23,109 nucleotides of DNA from an uncultured archaeon (GTDB lineage Archaea > Asgardarchaeota > Lokiarchaeia > Sigyniarchaeales > SOKP01): NCBI GenBank assembly GCA_964525635.1, contig CAZGJX010000038.1:1-23109 (forward strand), written 5' to 3'. Positions within the stretch are counted from its first letter, which is position 1; each line of letters begins with the position of its first letter. This document shows positions 1 through 10,138 of the stretch, in pieces. A program made the position numbers and the translations under genes. The notes under the pieces were generated by a model that did not search any database, was not told the DNA's origin, and saw only the letters and a program-made list of their open reading frames with translations.

Positions 1-207
1 TTATTATAAAAGAAAGTAATATGGAGGTATATAAGAATTATAGGACACTAAGTAATATTTCTTTACACGAAAAAAAAAAATCTTTCAATTAGATTATAAA
101 AAAAATCAGTTTCAACTAATATATGTTTTAAATTAAGGAAGATAATAAAAAATAAAAAAAAGTTAAAGAAAATAAAGAATTTGATTATAAATTTAAAGCA
201 GGTGCAC

Positions 208-1353
208 TTAGAAGCACCTATGGATTACCTGGGGCCCCATCTCTTTGTATTCGCGTCTAGTTACCCACATACGATGGAAGGTCTTTAAAGAACTCAAGAT
301 TGAGCCACCAATCCAAACGGAATACATTCTTTCTGGTGGAGCAATTATTTTTACATCAACTGATTCTGGAATTTGTTCTTTTATTTCCTTAGTTAATCGC
401 TCTTTAATACCAGGGAACATAGTAGAACCACCGGATAAAACAATATTACTGTATAAATCACGTCTTAGATCAACATCACATTCAGAGATAGCATTTACAA
501 TTACATCATCTAAAGGTTCTAATTCTTTACCAATGACGGATGGATTAAAGAAACATTCAGGTGCTAAAAATCTTTCTACACCAACGTTTATTGTTTCACC
601 ATCAGGTAACATATAACTTTTCTCCATACCTGCAACTTTCTTTGAAAGCATCATTTCTTTTTCAGGATCAATTGCTACGTAACATAATTTTTCTTTAATA
701 TCACGCACAATTTCTTTCTCTGCAGATGTGGTGAATGAATATCCTTTTTGTCTTAATAATCGTTGTAAATATGTAGTAATATCTCTTCCTGCTAGATCAA
801 TTCTTTGAATAGCATGACTTAAAGCGAATCCTTCGAATATTGGGACTACGTGTGAAACACCATCACCTATATCAATAACACATCCAGTCGTACGACCAGA
901 AGCATATAAAGATAAGACTGCTTGCATAGCAACATATAGAGCAGGTGTATTAAATGTTTCAAACATTATTTCAGCCATTTTTTCTCTATTTGGTCTTGGA
1001 TTTAATGGAGCTTCTGTTAAAAGTACAGGGTGTTCAGAAGGATCAATTCTCAAATCTGTGTAAAAAGTGTAATGCCAAATTTTTTCCATAGCTGTCCAAT
1101 CCTCAATAATACCATGTTCGACTGGAAACATCAATTTGAGAACACCTTTTAGTTGCATAGCTTCTTCACCGATATAATATTCCCGAGTATAGTGTTCTAC
1201 ATCAGTCATTATGGATTCATATTTAGGATATCCAATAAGTGTTGGAAAAACTGATCGAGGTTGATCCTCTCCAGCGAATCCATTCTTGGAAATACCAGTC
1301 CCGTTGTCAACTACTAAGGCTTTTGCATTTAAAAAACTTTCTTCTTCTGCCAT
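208..1353 (-). CDS. Asgard actin (Lokiactin-type), eukaryote-like actin
   Basis: Actin motifs throughout: [105 protein letters not shown]-terminus VIHRCF (eukaryotic IVHRKCF). Confidence 0.97.
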   Translation of the reverse strand: MAEEESFLNAKALVVDNGTGISKNGFAGEDQPRSVFPTLIGYPKYESIMTDVEHYTREYYIGEEAMQLKGVLKLMFPVEHGIIEDWTAMEKIWHYTFYTDLRIDPSEHPVLLTEAPLNPRPNREKMAEIMFETFNTPALYVAMQAVLSLYASGRTTGCVIDIGDGVSHVVPIFEGFALSHAIQRIDLAGRDITTYLQRLLRQKGYSFTTSAEKEIVRDIKEKLCYVAIDPEKEMMLSKKVAGMEKSYMLPDGETINVGVERFLAPECFFNPSVIGKELEPLDDVIVNAISECDVDLRRDLYSNIVLSGGSTMFPGIKERLTKEIKEQIPESVDVKIIAPPERMYSVWIGGSILSSLKTFHRMWVTRREYKEMGPQVIHRCF

Positions 1354-1750
1354 TTTTTTTTTCAGCCTTGTTATATTTTTTTAATTTTGGATATTTGATT
1401 ATATTCCATATATTATTTTTTTTATCATTTATATATTTTTATCTTTATAACTTATTTTTTAGTACAAGAGTTATAAATGAAAATTAAATGAATAATAAAA
1501 TTCTATATTTATAAATTTTTTTAATACAAAATAAAATATTTTATATACAAATAAATTTAAGAGTCGTTTTTATATCCATTAAAAAATTTTCTATATTTAC
1601 TTTAAATATTGAATGAATCTGGTAATTTAAATTATTTCTTAAGAAAATATAATATGTATTTTTGGTAAAAATTTTTATAAAATTATCTTTGAACGTTTTA
1701 AATAATAATTAACTATTTTTGGTAGTTTTAATAATATAATACTGCAGATA

Positions 1751-2863
1751 ATGACGGAATTAGATATTAAGGATCTACATAAAAGACTTAATTTTTTAGA
1801 TAAAGAAAATAAACAACTTAAAAAGGAGTTAAATTCTTTTAAAGATCTCTTAAATAATTTAAAAAAAAGACCTTTATTAATTGGTTCAGTCGAACGCGTT
1901 TTAGAGGATAAACGGACAATAATTTCACATGCTCCGGGCAATAGGATTATACTCCCTCCAAATGAACTTATAAATCCACAAGCAGGAGATCAAGTTACAC
2001 TTCATCCTCAAAGTTATCAAATATTAGAAATACTTTCAAGGAAGATTCGTGGTCATGTAGCCAGTATGGAGTTGATAGAATCCCCTCAAGATACTTTTCA
2101 AGATATTGGAGGACTAGATGCCCAAATTGAAGCTATTCGAGAGGTAATAGAATTACCTTTACTTCATCCAGAATTATTTGAACAAATAGGTATCGATCCA
2201 CCCAGTGGTGCCTTATTATCAGGGCCTCCTGGGACGGGAAAAACATTATTAGCAAAAGCAATTGCAAATTCAACTAATGCAAGATTTATTCATTTGGTCG
2301 GTTCTGACCTTGTTCAAAAATTCATTGGGGAAGGATCAAGAATGGTAAGAGAAGTTTTTACTTTAGCAAAGGAAAATATACCTGCAATCATATTTATTGA
2401 TGAAATTGATGCAATAGCAATAAAACGTACAAGTGAAGTATATAAGGGAGATAGAGAAGTCCAAAGAACATTTATGCAATTATTATCTGAATTAGATGGA
2501 TTTGCTAACACGGAAGGTATTATGTTCTTGGCTGCAACAAATAGAGTTGATGTTCTTGATCCCGCAATTTTACGTCCTGGTCGATTTGATCGTATTATTA
2601 AATTTACCTTACCAAATGAAAAGGCTCGCCTTATGATTTTAAAGATTCATTCCAGAAAAATGAACTTAGATAGTATAGACTTTAAGGAGCTTGCAAAGAA
2701 GACAGAAGGTTTTAGTGGTGCCCATATTAAAGCATTAGTAACAGAAGCAGGGATAAAAGCACTCCGAAAAAGACAAACACAAATATCTCAACATAATTTT
2801 AATGACGCTTTAGCAGAGATTGTAGATAAAGAACATAGTGTTAAGGATTATATTTACACATAA
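1751..2863 (+). CDS. pan: Proteasome-activating nucleotidase (PAN/Rpt-type AAA+ ATPase)
   Basis: N-terminal coiled coil, then OB-like domain (PLLIGSV...), DIGGL, Walker A GPPGTGKT, pore loop KFIGEG, Walker [35 protein letters not shown]-terminal HbYX tail (IYT). Confidence 0.92.
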   Translation: MTELDIKDLHKRLNFLDKENKQLKKELNSFKDLLNNLKKRPLLIGSVERVLEDKRTIISHAPGNRIILPPNELINPQAGDQVTLHPQSYQILEILSRKIRGHVASMELIESPQDTFQDIGGLDAQIEAIREVIELPLLHPELFEQIGIDPPSGALLSGPPGTGKTLLAKAIANSTNARFIHLVGSDLVQKFIGEGSRMVREVFTLAKENIPAIIFIDEIDAIAIKRTSEVYKGDREVQRTFMQLLSELDGFANTEGIMFLAATNRVDVLDPAILRPGRFDRIIKFTLPNEKARLMILKIHSRKMNLDSIDFKELAKKTEGFSGAHIKALVTEAGIKALRKRQTQISQHNFNDALAEIVDKEHSVKDYIYT

Positions 2864-2960
2864 TTTAAGTCAAACCATTACATAGTATATCTTTTAATTT
2901 TCTACCAATTCCCAATGGATATTAATTATTTTAAGTTAATATTATCAAGGTTTTTTAGAA

Positions 2961-3524
2961 TCAATCTTCTAAAATATAATCCGAAATAAATAATTCCATT
3001 AAAACTTCATCATGATATTCTGATTCAATATAAAATTGTTTTTTTCTTACACCAATAACTTTGAATCCAATCTTTTTATAAAGGTTTAGAGCTCTTTCAT
3101 TTGTAGAAAAGCAACTTAATATTAGTTTATCTTTATTATTTAATTTTTTAGATTCTCTAATCGCAGCACCGATTAAATTATAACCAATCCCCATGTCTCT
3201 ATATTTTTTATTTATGATAATTCCCAAATGTCCAACATGGATCGCAGCGTCCCATTCAACATTAGTTATTTCACATTGTCCTACAATATTAGATGGGTAT
3301 TTTAAATCTAAATTATCTGCAACGATACAAATCTCATTTGCTTTCTTAAGATTATCATACCAAGACTGTTTTTCAAATTGTGAGGTAACAGGGAAGAGAA
3401 CAGGAAGATATATTCCTTCCTCAACAACTTCATTAAAATTCTTCCAAATTCCATTTACATCAGATCTCTTAACATGCCTTATAATAATCTTTTCCCCATT
3501 CTCAAGTTCGAAAAGTTCTTCCAT
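2961..3524 (-). CDS. GNAT family N-acetyltransferase
   Basis: Acetyl-CoA-binding motif A (LGIIINKKYRDMGIG) and motif B (N.RALNLYKKIGF..G), followed by D.VLM. Confidence 0.88.
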   Translation of the reverse strand: MEELFELENGEKIIIRHVKRSDVNGIWKNFNEVVEEGIYLPVLFPVTSQFEKQSWYDNLKKANEICIVADNLDLKYPSNIVGQCEITNVEWDAAIHVGHLGIIINKKYRDMGIGYNLIGAAIRESKKLNNKDKLILSCFSTNERALNLYKKIGFKVIGVRKKQFYIESEYHDEVLMELFISDYILED

Positions 3525-3568
3525 TACTTTATATAAGTTTTTATAATTAAATTGTTTATTGCAATAAT

Positions 3569-4000
3569 ATGGATAAGGATGAAAAGAAGGATGAGATCAG
3601 ATCCTATTTTGAAGAAGCTGCAAAAAAGAAAGAAAAAAAAGTAGCAAAAGAACTAGTGGAATTAACTCATGTTGAAATAAAGAAACAAGAAATAGGTCAA
3701 GATACTATTAATCTAGCAAAAACTTTAAAAGATCAAATTATAACTCATGATAGTTTTGAAAAACTGAGTAATGATGAAATGACAATTATAGAATCTATTC
3801 AAAATAAACGAATGTTTTTAAATAGGATTGCCATAATTGCAAATCAAAGTAGAATTCCAATGGGGAATGAACCTTATAAAAAAGCAGAACTAGAGGAGAT
3901 ATTAGGAAATCTAATTGCAAAGGGTTATGTTGATTCCGAAATCGTAGAGGATAATAGAGTATACTATCTCACTGAAAGAGGAAGATATAGAATACAATAA
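3569..4000 (+). CDS. Hypothetical protein with C-terminal winged-helix (MarR/PadR-like) domain
   Basis: C-terminal LEEILGNLIAKGYV...RVYYLTERG is the typical wHTH recognition helix plus wing; the N-terminus is charged and probably helical. Confidence 0.6.
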   Translation: MDKDEKKDEIRSYFEEAAKKKEKKVAKELVELTHVEIKKQEIGQDTINLAKTLKDQIITHDSFEKLSNDEMTIIESIQNKRMFLNRIAIIANQSRIPMGNEPYKKAELEEILGNLIAKGYVDSEIVEDNRVYYLTERGRYRIQ

Positions 4001-4053
4001 AACATTCTGAAGTTTTAGAAAAGTCAGATAATATAAAAATAAAAAAGAGCGAA

Positions 4054-4356
4054 TTAATCCTTTTTTAAAATGAGATTATTGATAGGAATATCTTGAAATT
4101 CTTCATTTGGCATTTCTCTTCTTATAGTTAATGGAAGAATTTTAGACTTAAGTTCTAATTGGGCAATTCTTATTGGATCTATCATAGTTTTTGGCTTGTC
4201 GACTAGAATAGGTGCCCCAAAACTAATTTGAAGCGCTCGAGCGCCAACAATTCTTGCTTTTTCGTATCTTGTTAAGAATATAGGCCCAATCTTTACATAT
4301 TCTCTAACTTCTTTATATTGTTTTCTTAATTCACGAGATTCTAAAAAACTGGACAC
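4054..4356 (-). CDS. rpoK: DNA-directed RNA polymerase subunit Rpo6/K (RPB6 homolog)
   Basis: [30 protein letters not shown]...LPLTIRR. GTG start preceded by AGGT. Confidence 0.96.
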   Translation of the reverse strand: MSSFLESRELRKQYKEVREYVKIGPIFLTRYEKARIVGARALQISFGAPILVDKPKTMIDPIRIAQLELKSKILPLTIRREMPNEEFQDIPINNLILKKD

Positions 4357-4496
4357 TGTTAATTATACCTAGAAAGAGTAATTATATTATGAAATATTGC
4401 ATTTCATTTAATTTTTATGATTTCATAAAAAAAACACATTTTTTTTGTAGATGATATTTAATTACAATTAAAATAAGTTCTTTAAGAATAAAAAGA

Positions 4497-4662
4497 TGCG
4501 CGGAGAGGGATTTTCAAAAAATTTCGAAAAGATATTTTTATTCGAACCCCCGACCTTCGAGACAATGATTTTTAAATGATTGTATACACGGTGTGAGCGT
4601 TTAACGTTTTACAATGCATTCGCATGTAATAAGTCGTTATAACCGGGCTAAACTATCCGCGC
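4497..4662 (-). tRNA. tRNA-Val(CAC) with three introns (4601-4632, 4556-4584, 4511-4540)
   Basis: Removing 32+29+30 nt gives a 75-nt cloverleaf: GCGCGGA TA GTTT AGCCCGGTTA TAAC G ACACG CTCACAC CGTGT AGGTC GGGGG TTCGAAT CCCTC TCCGCGC A. Acceptor stem 7/7, anticodon stem 5/5, anticodon CAC at 4595-4593, discriminator A, CCA not encoded. Each intron junction folds as a bulge-helix-bulge or a relaxed form of it. Confidence 0.92.
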
Positions 4663-4744
4663 ATATTATTATTAAATAGGAATTACTGATTTGAATTAAA
4701 GTTTTACTTTTATTTTTGTTATATAACAATTTTCAACATGATTC

Positions 4745-5023
4745 ATGAAAAAAAAAGGATTAATTGTTGAAAAAATTATAATAGGTATGAGTCAAACTAA
4801 AATCATTAAAGGAGTTATTTTAAGCCTAATAATTTCCCTAATAGGTATTTTAATTATCTTTCTTTACGACATATACATCATATATGCCTTAATTGAGGGG
4901 AATACTGTGGATAATTTTGATGATTTTAAAAATTTTATACCTTGTAATGTATTTGGAATTATTTTAATTTTAATTGGTTTTTTGGGATTAATTAGATATG
5001 TTCTTCAAACCAATAATAAATGA
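4745..5023 (+). CDS. Small membrane protein, two predicted TM helices (alternative start ATG 4787)
   Basis: Two long hydrophobic stretches (GVILSLIISLIGILIIFLY..., VFGIILILIGFLGLI). Fills the intergenic space without overlap. Confidence 0.6.
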   Translation: MKKKGLIVEKIIIGMSQTKIIKGVILSLIISLIGILIIFLYDIYIIYALIEGNTVDNFDDFKNFIPCNVFGIILILIGFLGLIRYVLQTNNK

Positions 5024-5152
5024 TAATAGATTTTACATTTAATTTATTAAAAAGATATTAATTTAATTTAAGTTATCCTTAGGACTCTATTATTTTAAAT
5101 AGTCTAAAAATTCTATTATAACTAAAGCTCTAAATGGAAAGATTTCAACCTT

Positions 5153-7534
5153 TTGGTTAGTATGGTCCTATATAAAAAAGAATATCTATCTCATCCTTTA
5201 ATTCAAAAGGATATGATTGTTAGGAGATTATATCAAGAAAATATATTCATTAACTGTTTAGATCAAAATTCATTAGTGGTAATTCCTACGGGTCTTGGTA
5301 AGACTATAATAGCATTAATGATTGCTGTTCATAAATTAGAAAAGCTTCAAAACTCTAAAGTAATATTTCTTGCTCCCACTAAACCTTTAGTAAATCAACA
5401 TTATAATTCTTTTCTAAACCTTATGACAATCAAACCTGATTATTTACAATCAATAACTGGAACCATTTCTCCAGATCAACGTAAAGAACTATGGAAGGAT
5501 ATAAGAGTAGCTTTTATGACTCCCCAAGTGTTGCAAAATGATATAATTTCGAACCATTATTCTTTAGGAGATGTATCTTTAATAATATTTGATGAATGCC
5601 ATCGTGCTATAGGCGATTATGCTTACTGTTTTATAGCAGAAAAATATTTGAATAGTTCTATAAATCCTCAAGTGCTGGGTTTAACAGCGAGTCCTGGATC
5701 TACAGAAGAAAAGATTAAAGAAATTAAAAACAACTTATATATAGACCATATTGAAATTCGTACAGAAAAAGATCCAGATGTAGAACCATATATTCATAAG
5801 GTTGATCAAGATTGGATAAAGATTAAATTACCGAATGAATTTTTGGGAATCTTAAATATTTTATCTGAAAAACTTAAAGATATTTACAAACATCTTAAAA
5901 AAAATGATTTAATTAACTCTTATGATATAAATAAAACCACACGAAAAGATCTATTAAATATTGATAAGGAAATTAATCGAAGAATCTCATCTGCTTACAA
6001 TGAAAATGAAAAATTTCAATTATTCAGTCTAAAGAAACTACAAGCAAATGCAATTAGGATTTCTCATATGATAGAATTGATAGAAACACAAGGAATTAAT
6101 GCACTAAAGGAATATTTTAATAAAAATCTTGAAAAATTAAAGAGAAATACAGCAAATAAATCATTAAAAGAATTATTCCAAGATATTGATATGAAAAAAG
6201 TCATTAATTTAACAAACCAAGTTCACTCTCAAGGAATAATTCATCCAAAAATAGAAAAATTAAAAATAATACTTCATAAACAAATTATAGAAAATGCGGA
6301 ATCTAGGATCTTGGTATTCTGCCACTTTAGAGACTCCGTAAACAATATGATTAATATTTTTGAAAATGATGAAGTTGTTAGAGCACATAAATTTATTGGT
6401 CAAGCAAATAGAGGTTCAGATAAAGGATTAACACAGAAACAACAAATCAATATACTTGATCAATTTAGAGAAGGTATTTATAATACTCTTATAGGTACTA
6501 GTGTAGCAGAAGAAGGTTTAGATATTGCGGAATGTGATTTAGTTATTTTTTATGATGTTGTTCCAAGTGCAATTCGTTCTATACAGAGAAGAGGTCGAAC
6601 CGGAAGAAAAAAAGAGGGAAAAGTATATATACTTATGGCAGAAGGAACTAGAGATGAAGGATATTATTGGGCTGAAAAATCAAAAGAAAAAAACATGAAG
6701 GAAAGTTTGCGAAGAATTAAAAAATCTGAAGACTCCATAAATCAAAATGAACAAAAAAATCTATTGAGTTTTATATCAGACACTCCTAATAAATCAAGGG
6801 AAAAAAAAGAATTTTTGAATGATAATAATAATGTGATAAAACCTATAGAAGAATACTCAGAAGAAAAGATCGAAAAAATTAAAGATGCTGAAAATTATAC
6901 AATTATTTGCGACAATAGAGAAACTGCTTCTCCAGTTGTTAGAAAACAATCATTAATGGGTATTAACATAAAATTAGAAAACCTTGAAGTAGCTGATTAT
7001 ATAATTTCAAACAGAGTAGGAATAGAAAGAAAAAGTGCTAAAGATTTTAATGATTCCATTAAGGACGGAAGATTATTTAAAGAATTAATAAATCTCAAAA
7101 AGAATTTTCAGAGGGCGATTTTAATTTTAGAAGGAGATCCTTTCCTAAATACAAATATCAATGAAAATGCTTTATATGGTGCAATTTCCTCAATTATTTT
7201 AAAATTGGGTATAACTATTTACAGAACCAAAGATATCAATGAAACCACTTATTTTTTATATCATTTGGCTAAAAAAGAACAAATGAATAACAAAACAACT
7301 GAAAAATTAAGATTTGAAAAAGCACCAAATGATATTTCTTATTTATTAGAGTTTATAATTTCTGGCGTTCCTGGAATTAATGCTTTAAGAGCAAAAAGTC
7401 TTCTTAATGAAATGAAAACAATTCAGAAAATATTCAATGCTGATATAGGTGAGTTAATGAAAGTTGAGAATATAGGAAAAAAAATTGCTCAAGAAATTTA
7501 TAAAATAAGTCGGTTTAAATATAAAGATATATAA
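5153..7534 (+). CDS. hef: Hef/FANCM-type helicase-ERCC4 nuclease (start probably ATG 5162)
   Basis: SF2 motifs R.YQ, PTGLGKT, LAPTKPLV.Q, DECH, GLTASPG, TSVAEEGLDI, QRRGRTGR. C-terminal ERCC4 domain (D.RE, DY, ERKS..DF, SI.DGRL, LILEG) and HhH repeats (VPGI, VENIG). Confidence 0.95.
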   Translation: MVSMVLYKKEYLSHPLIQKDMIVRRLYQENIFINCLDQNSLVVIPTGLGKTIIALMIAVHKLEKLQNSKVIFLAPTKPLVNQHYNSFLNLMTIKPDYLQSITGTISPDQRKELWKDIRVAFMTPQVLQNDIISNHYSLGDVSLIIFDECHRAIGDYAYCFIAEKYLNSSINPQVLGLTASPGSTEEKIKEIKNNLYIDHIEIRTEKDPDVEPYIHKVDQDWIKIKLPNEFLGILNILSEKLKDIYKHLKKNDLINSYDINKTTRKDLLNIDKEINRRISSAYNENEKFQLFSLKKLQANAIRISHMIELIETQGINALKEYFNKNLEKLKRNTANKSLKELFQDIDMKKVINLTNQVHSQGIIHPKIEKLKIILHKQIIENAESRILVFCHFRDSVNNMINIFENDEVVRAHKFIGQANRGSDKGLTQKQQINILDQFREGIYNTLIGTSVAEEGLDIAECDLVIFYDVVPSAIRSIQRRGRTGRKKEGKVYILMAEGTRDEGYYWAEKSKEKNMKESLRRIKKSEDSINQNEQKNLLSFISDTPNKSREKKEFLNDNNNVIKPIEEYSEEKIEKIKDAENYTIICDNRETASPVVRKQSLMGINIKLENLEVADYIISNRVGIERKSAKDFNDSIKDGRLFKELINLKKNFQRAILILEGDPFLNTNINENALYGAISSIILKLGITIYRTKDINETTYFLYHLAKKEQMNNKTTEKLRFEKAPNDISYLLEFIISGVPGINALRAKSLLNEMKTIQKIFNADIGELMKVENIGKKIAQEIYKISRFKYKDI

Positions 7535-7642
7535 TTTTTATATCATTTCTTCTGAAAAAAAAATGCAAAAAAAAGATTTTTAACCAATAAACTTAATTAT
7601 ATATATAATTTAAAAAATGAATAATATTACATTTAACATATT

Positions 7643-8254
7643 ATGACAAAAAGTACAAGAAAACTTTTGAAATTTAAAGTTGTTGTTGCTGGTGCAAAAG
7701 ATGCTGGAAAGACAAGTTTAATCCGTCGTTATGCGACAGGAAAATTCCACGCGGATTTACTCTCAACTATTGGAGTCGATTTTGAAACAAAAAAAGTATC
7801 TGTTGATGATAAAGATATTTTGCTAAACATATGGGATTTTGCAGGTGAGAAAAAGTTTCGCATACTCTTACCCAGTTATGTTTCTGGAGCGTCAGGAGCA
7901 TTGATGTTGTATGATGTCACAAATAAGGAATCTCTTTCTGACTTGGATGATTGGATGAAAATCATTTCCTCTGTACCAAATAGTCCAAAAACAAAGATAT
8001 TAATTGAAACTAAATTTGATTTAGATGAGTTGAGAGAGGTTAGTAAAGAATCTGTAAACGATTTTTTTAAAAAATATAAGTTCCAAAGTGAATTGATTAG
8101 AACATCAGCTAAAACGGGGGAGAATGTAGAAAAAGCATTTGAGATTCTTAGTCGTGAAATATTAAGAAATAGTCTACAAAACTGCCCCAATTGTGGAAAT
8201 TTATATCCTGTGGAGCAAAAATTTTGTCAATATTGTGGTAGAAAGACACAATAA
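7643..8254 (+). CDS. Rab/Ras-like small GTPase with C-terminal zinc ribbon
   Basis: G1 GAKDAGKTS, switch I STIGVDF, G3 WDFAGE, G4 TKFD, G5 SAKTG. C-terminal CPNCG..x..FCQYCG. Confidence 0.9.
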   Translation: MTKSTRKLLKFKVVVAGAKDAGKTSLIRRYATGKFHADLLSTIGVDFETKKVSVDDKDILLNIWDFAGEKKFRILLPSYVSGASGALMLYDVTNKESLSDLDDWMKIISSVPNSPKTKILIETKFDLDELREVSKESVNDFFKKYKFQSELIRTSAKTGENVEKAFEILSREILRNSLQNCPNCGNLYPVEQKFCQYCGRKTQ

Positions 8255-8562
8255 TTTTATTTTATTAAATTTTCTATAAGATTATTCATTTTTAGCTGAA
8301 ATAGCCTAATAAATAAAATTTATTCCAACTAATCAGTTTACAATATAAAATCTAATCTTTAAAAGATCTTATAAATATAATGAGTATTAGAGGATAACTC
8401 TTATTATTACTAAATTCATTACTTTCTTTTGATAAAAAGTATTTTTTTGACTATATTTTATCCAATTCTATTTTTTGATCACATATTTCAAAAAAGATAA
8501 ATCAGAGAGATAATTATTTTTTTTGAGTATAATAAATCATTTAAAAAGATGTTAGAGATAAG

Positions 8563-9660
8563 ATGACTTTTAATATAAATGACGATATAAGTGAAATTGT
8601 TAATAGATTAGAAAAGGAGGGAATATCATTTAATAATAAAACGATACTAGTTACTGGTGGAGCAGGATTTCTTGGTTCATGGGTATGTGACGTTCTAGTA
8701 TCACAAGGTGCAAATTGTATTTGTCTAGATAATTATTCATCTAGTTCTCCTAAAAATATTTTAAATCTAATAGATAATGCTAATTTTCGCTTTATTAATC
8801 ATGATATATCTCAACCAATATTTTTTGGACTAAGTTATCATCCACATGGAATTTGTATAAGTGATATTAGAAAAATAGATATTATAATGCATATGGCAAG
8901 CAGAGCATCTCCTTTTGAATTTAAAGATCATCCAATTTCAATTTTAAAAAGTAATACTTTAGGTACAATGAATGCATTAGGTATAGCAAAAGCGCATAAT
9001 GCTCTTTATTTTTATGCAAGTACTTCAGAAGTATATGGTAATCCCCCAGATGATATGATCCCTACTCCTGAGACCTATTTTGGACATGTAAATCCGGTTG
9101 GTCCAAGAAGTTGTTATGATGAATCAAAAAGAGCAGGTGAAGCTTTTATTAAAGCTTATGAGCTTCAACATAAAATGAGAACTAAAATAGTTAGAATTTT
9201 TAATACGTCTGGACCGAGAATAAGATATGGTCCCGAATTTGGAAGGGTGGTGCCAAATTTTATCCATCAAGCTATTAATGATTTAGATATAAAAGTGTTT
9301 GGAGATGGATCTCAAACTCGCTCCTTCATCTATGTAGCAGATGAAATCGAAGGTATTTTAAAAATGGTTCATAATGATAATGCTTTAGGAGAAGTAATAA
9401 ATATTGGAAATGACAAGGAATATTCAATATTGGAATTAGCTCAGACTATAATTGATTTAACTAATTCGAATTCTAAGATCGTTTTTAGACAATTACCAAT
9501 TGATGATCCAAAAAGAAGATGCCCTGATTTATCAAAAGCAAAAAAAATTTTAAATTGGGAACCAAAAACATCACTTAAAGAGAGTTTAAGAAAAACAATT
9601 GAATGGTTTAAAGAACAAGAGAAGATAGAAGAATATGAATCAAACAAAACAAGATATTAA
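8563..9660 (+). CDS. UDP-glucuronate decarboxylase (UDP-xylose synthase)-like extended SDR
   Basis: LVTGGAGFLGS, H.AS.ASP, ASTSEVYG.P, VNPVGPRSCYDESKR, RIFNT, GDGSQTRSF.YV.D, LP.DDP.RRCPD are the UXS-subfamily motifs. Confidence 0.88.
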   Translation: MTFNINDDISEIVNRLEKEGISFNNKTILVTGGAGFLGSWVCDVLVSQGANCICLDNYSSSSPKNILNLIDNANFRFINHDISQPIFFGLSYHPHGICISDIRKIDIIMHMASRASPFEFKDHPISILKSNTLGTMNALGIAKAHNALYFYASTSEVYGNPPDDMIPTPETYFGHVNPVGPRSCYDESKRAGEAFIKAYELQHKMRTKIVRIFNTSGPRIRYGPEFGRVVPNFIHQAINDLDIKVFGDGSQTRSFIYVADEIEGILKMVHNDNALGEVINIGNDKEYSILELAQTIIDLTNSNSKIVFRQLPIDDPKRRCPDLSKAKKILNWEPKTSLKESLRKTIEWFKEQEKIEEYESNKTRY

Positions 9661-10138
9661 AAAAAGCTATGCTTATTTTAACAAATTAGTAACATTCTGC
9701 TTAATTACAGGAATTCTAATAGTTTCTGGATTTATTATTTATTTAGTGATTCAGCCAGAGCCTCCATATCAAACTTTTACTATTCTTAATGAAGATCAGA
9801 AAATGGAAAATTATCCGACAAATGCAACAAGAGGGGAGCCAATCTATTTTTATGTTGGTGTTGGTAATTATTTAGAAAGGGATTTATCTTTTAGAGTAAA
9901 AATCTTAAAGGGAAATTCTTCTACTATTCTAAATGAAACAGGTTCCTATAATGCAAATTGGACTTTTACAACCCCAAATACCACTATATATAATAATGCT
10001 GAATGGATTTCTCCACAATTAAATATATCCTTTTATGCGATTGGTGAGAGGATTTTAATAGCTGAACTTTATGAAATCAAACCAATAGGATATAAATTCC
10101 TAGATATCTTATGGCTTCGAATAAACGTCACAAATTAG
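9635..10138 (+). CDS. Membrane-anchored protein, DUF1616-like
   Basis: One N-terminal TM helix, then TF.ILN..K.ENYPT and a beta-rich domain with many N-x-S/T sequons. Overlaps the upstream gene by 26 nt and the convergent pmbA stop by 4 nt. Confidence 0.65.
   Translation: MNQTKQDIKKSYAYFNKLVTFCLITGILIVSGFIIYLVIQPEPPYQTFTILNEDQKMENYPTNATRGEPIYFYVGVGNYLERDLSFRVKILKGNSSTILNETGSYNANWTFTTPNTTIYNNAEWISPQLNISFYAIGERILIAELYEIKPIGYKFLDILWLRINVTN

Noticed and set aside
2961-3524. GNAT as the N-terminal acetyltransferase of the neighbouring actin (acidic MAEEES N-terminus)
   Set aside because: Only proximity supports it; the sequence looks like a generic prokaryotic GNAT.
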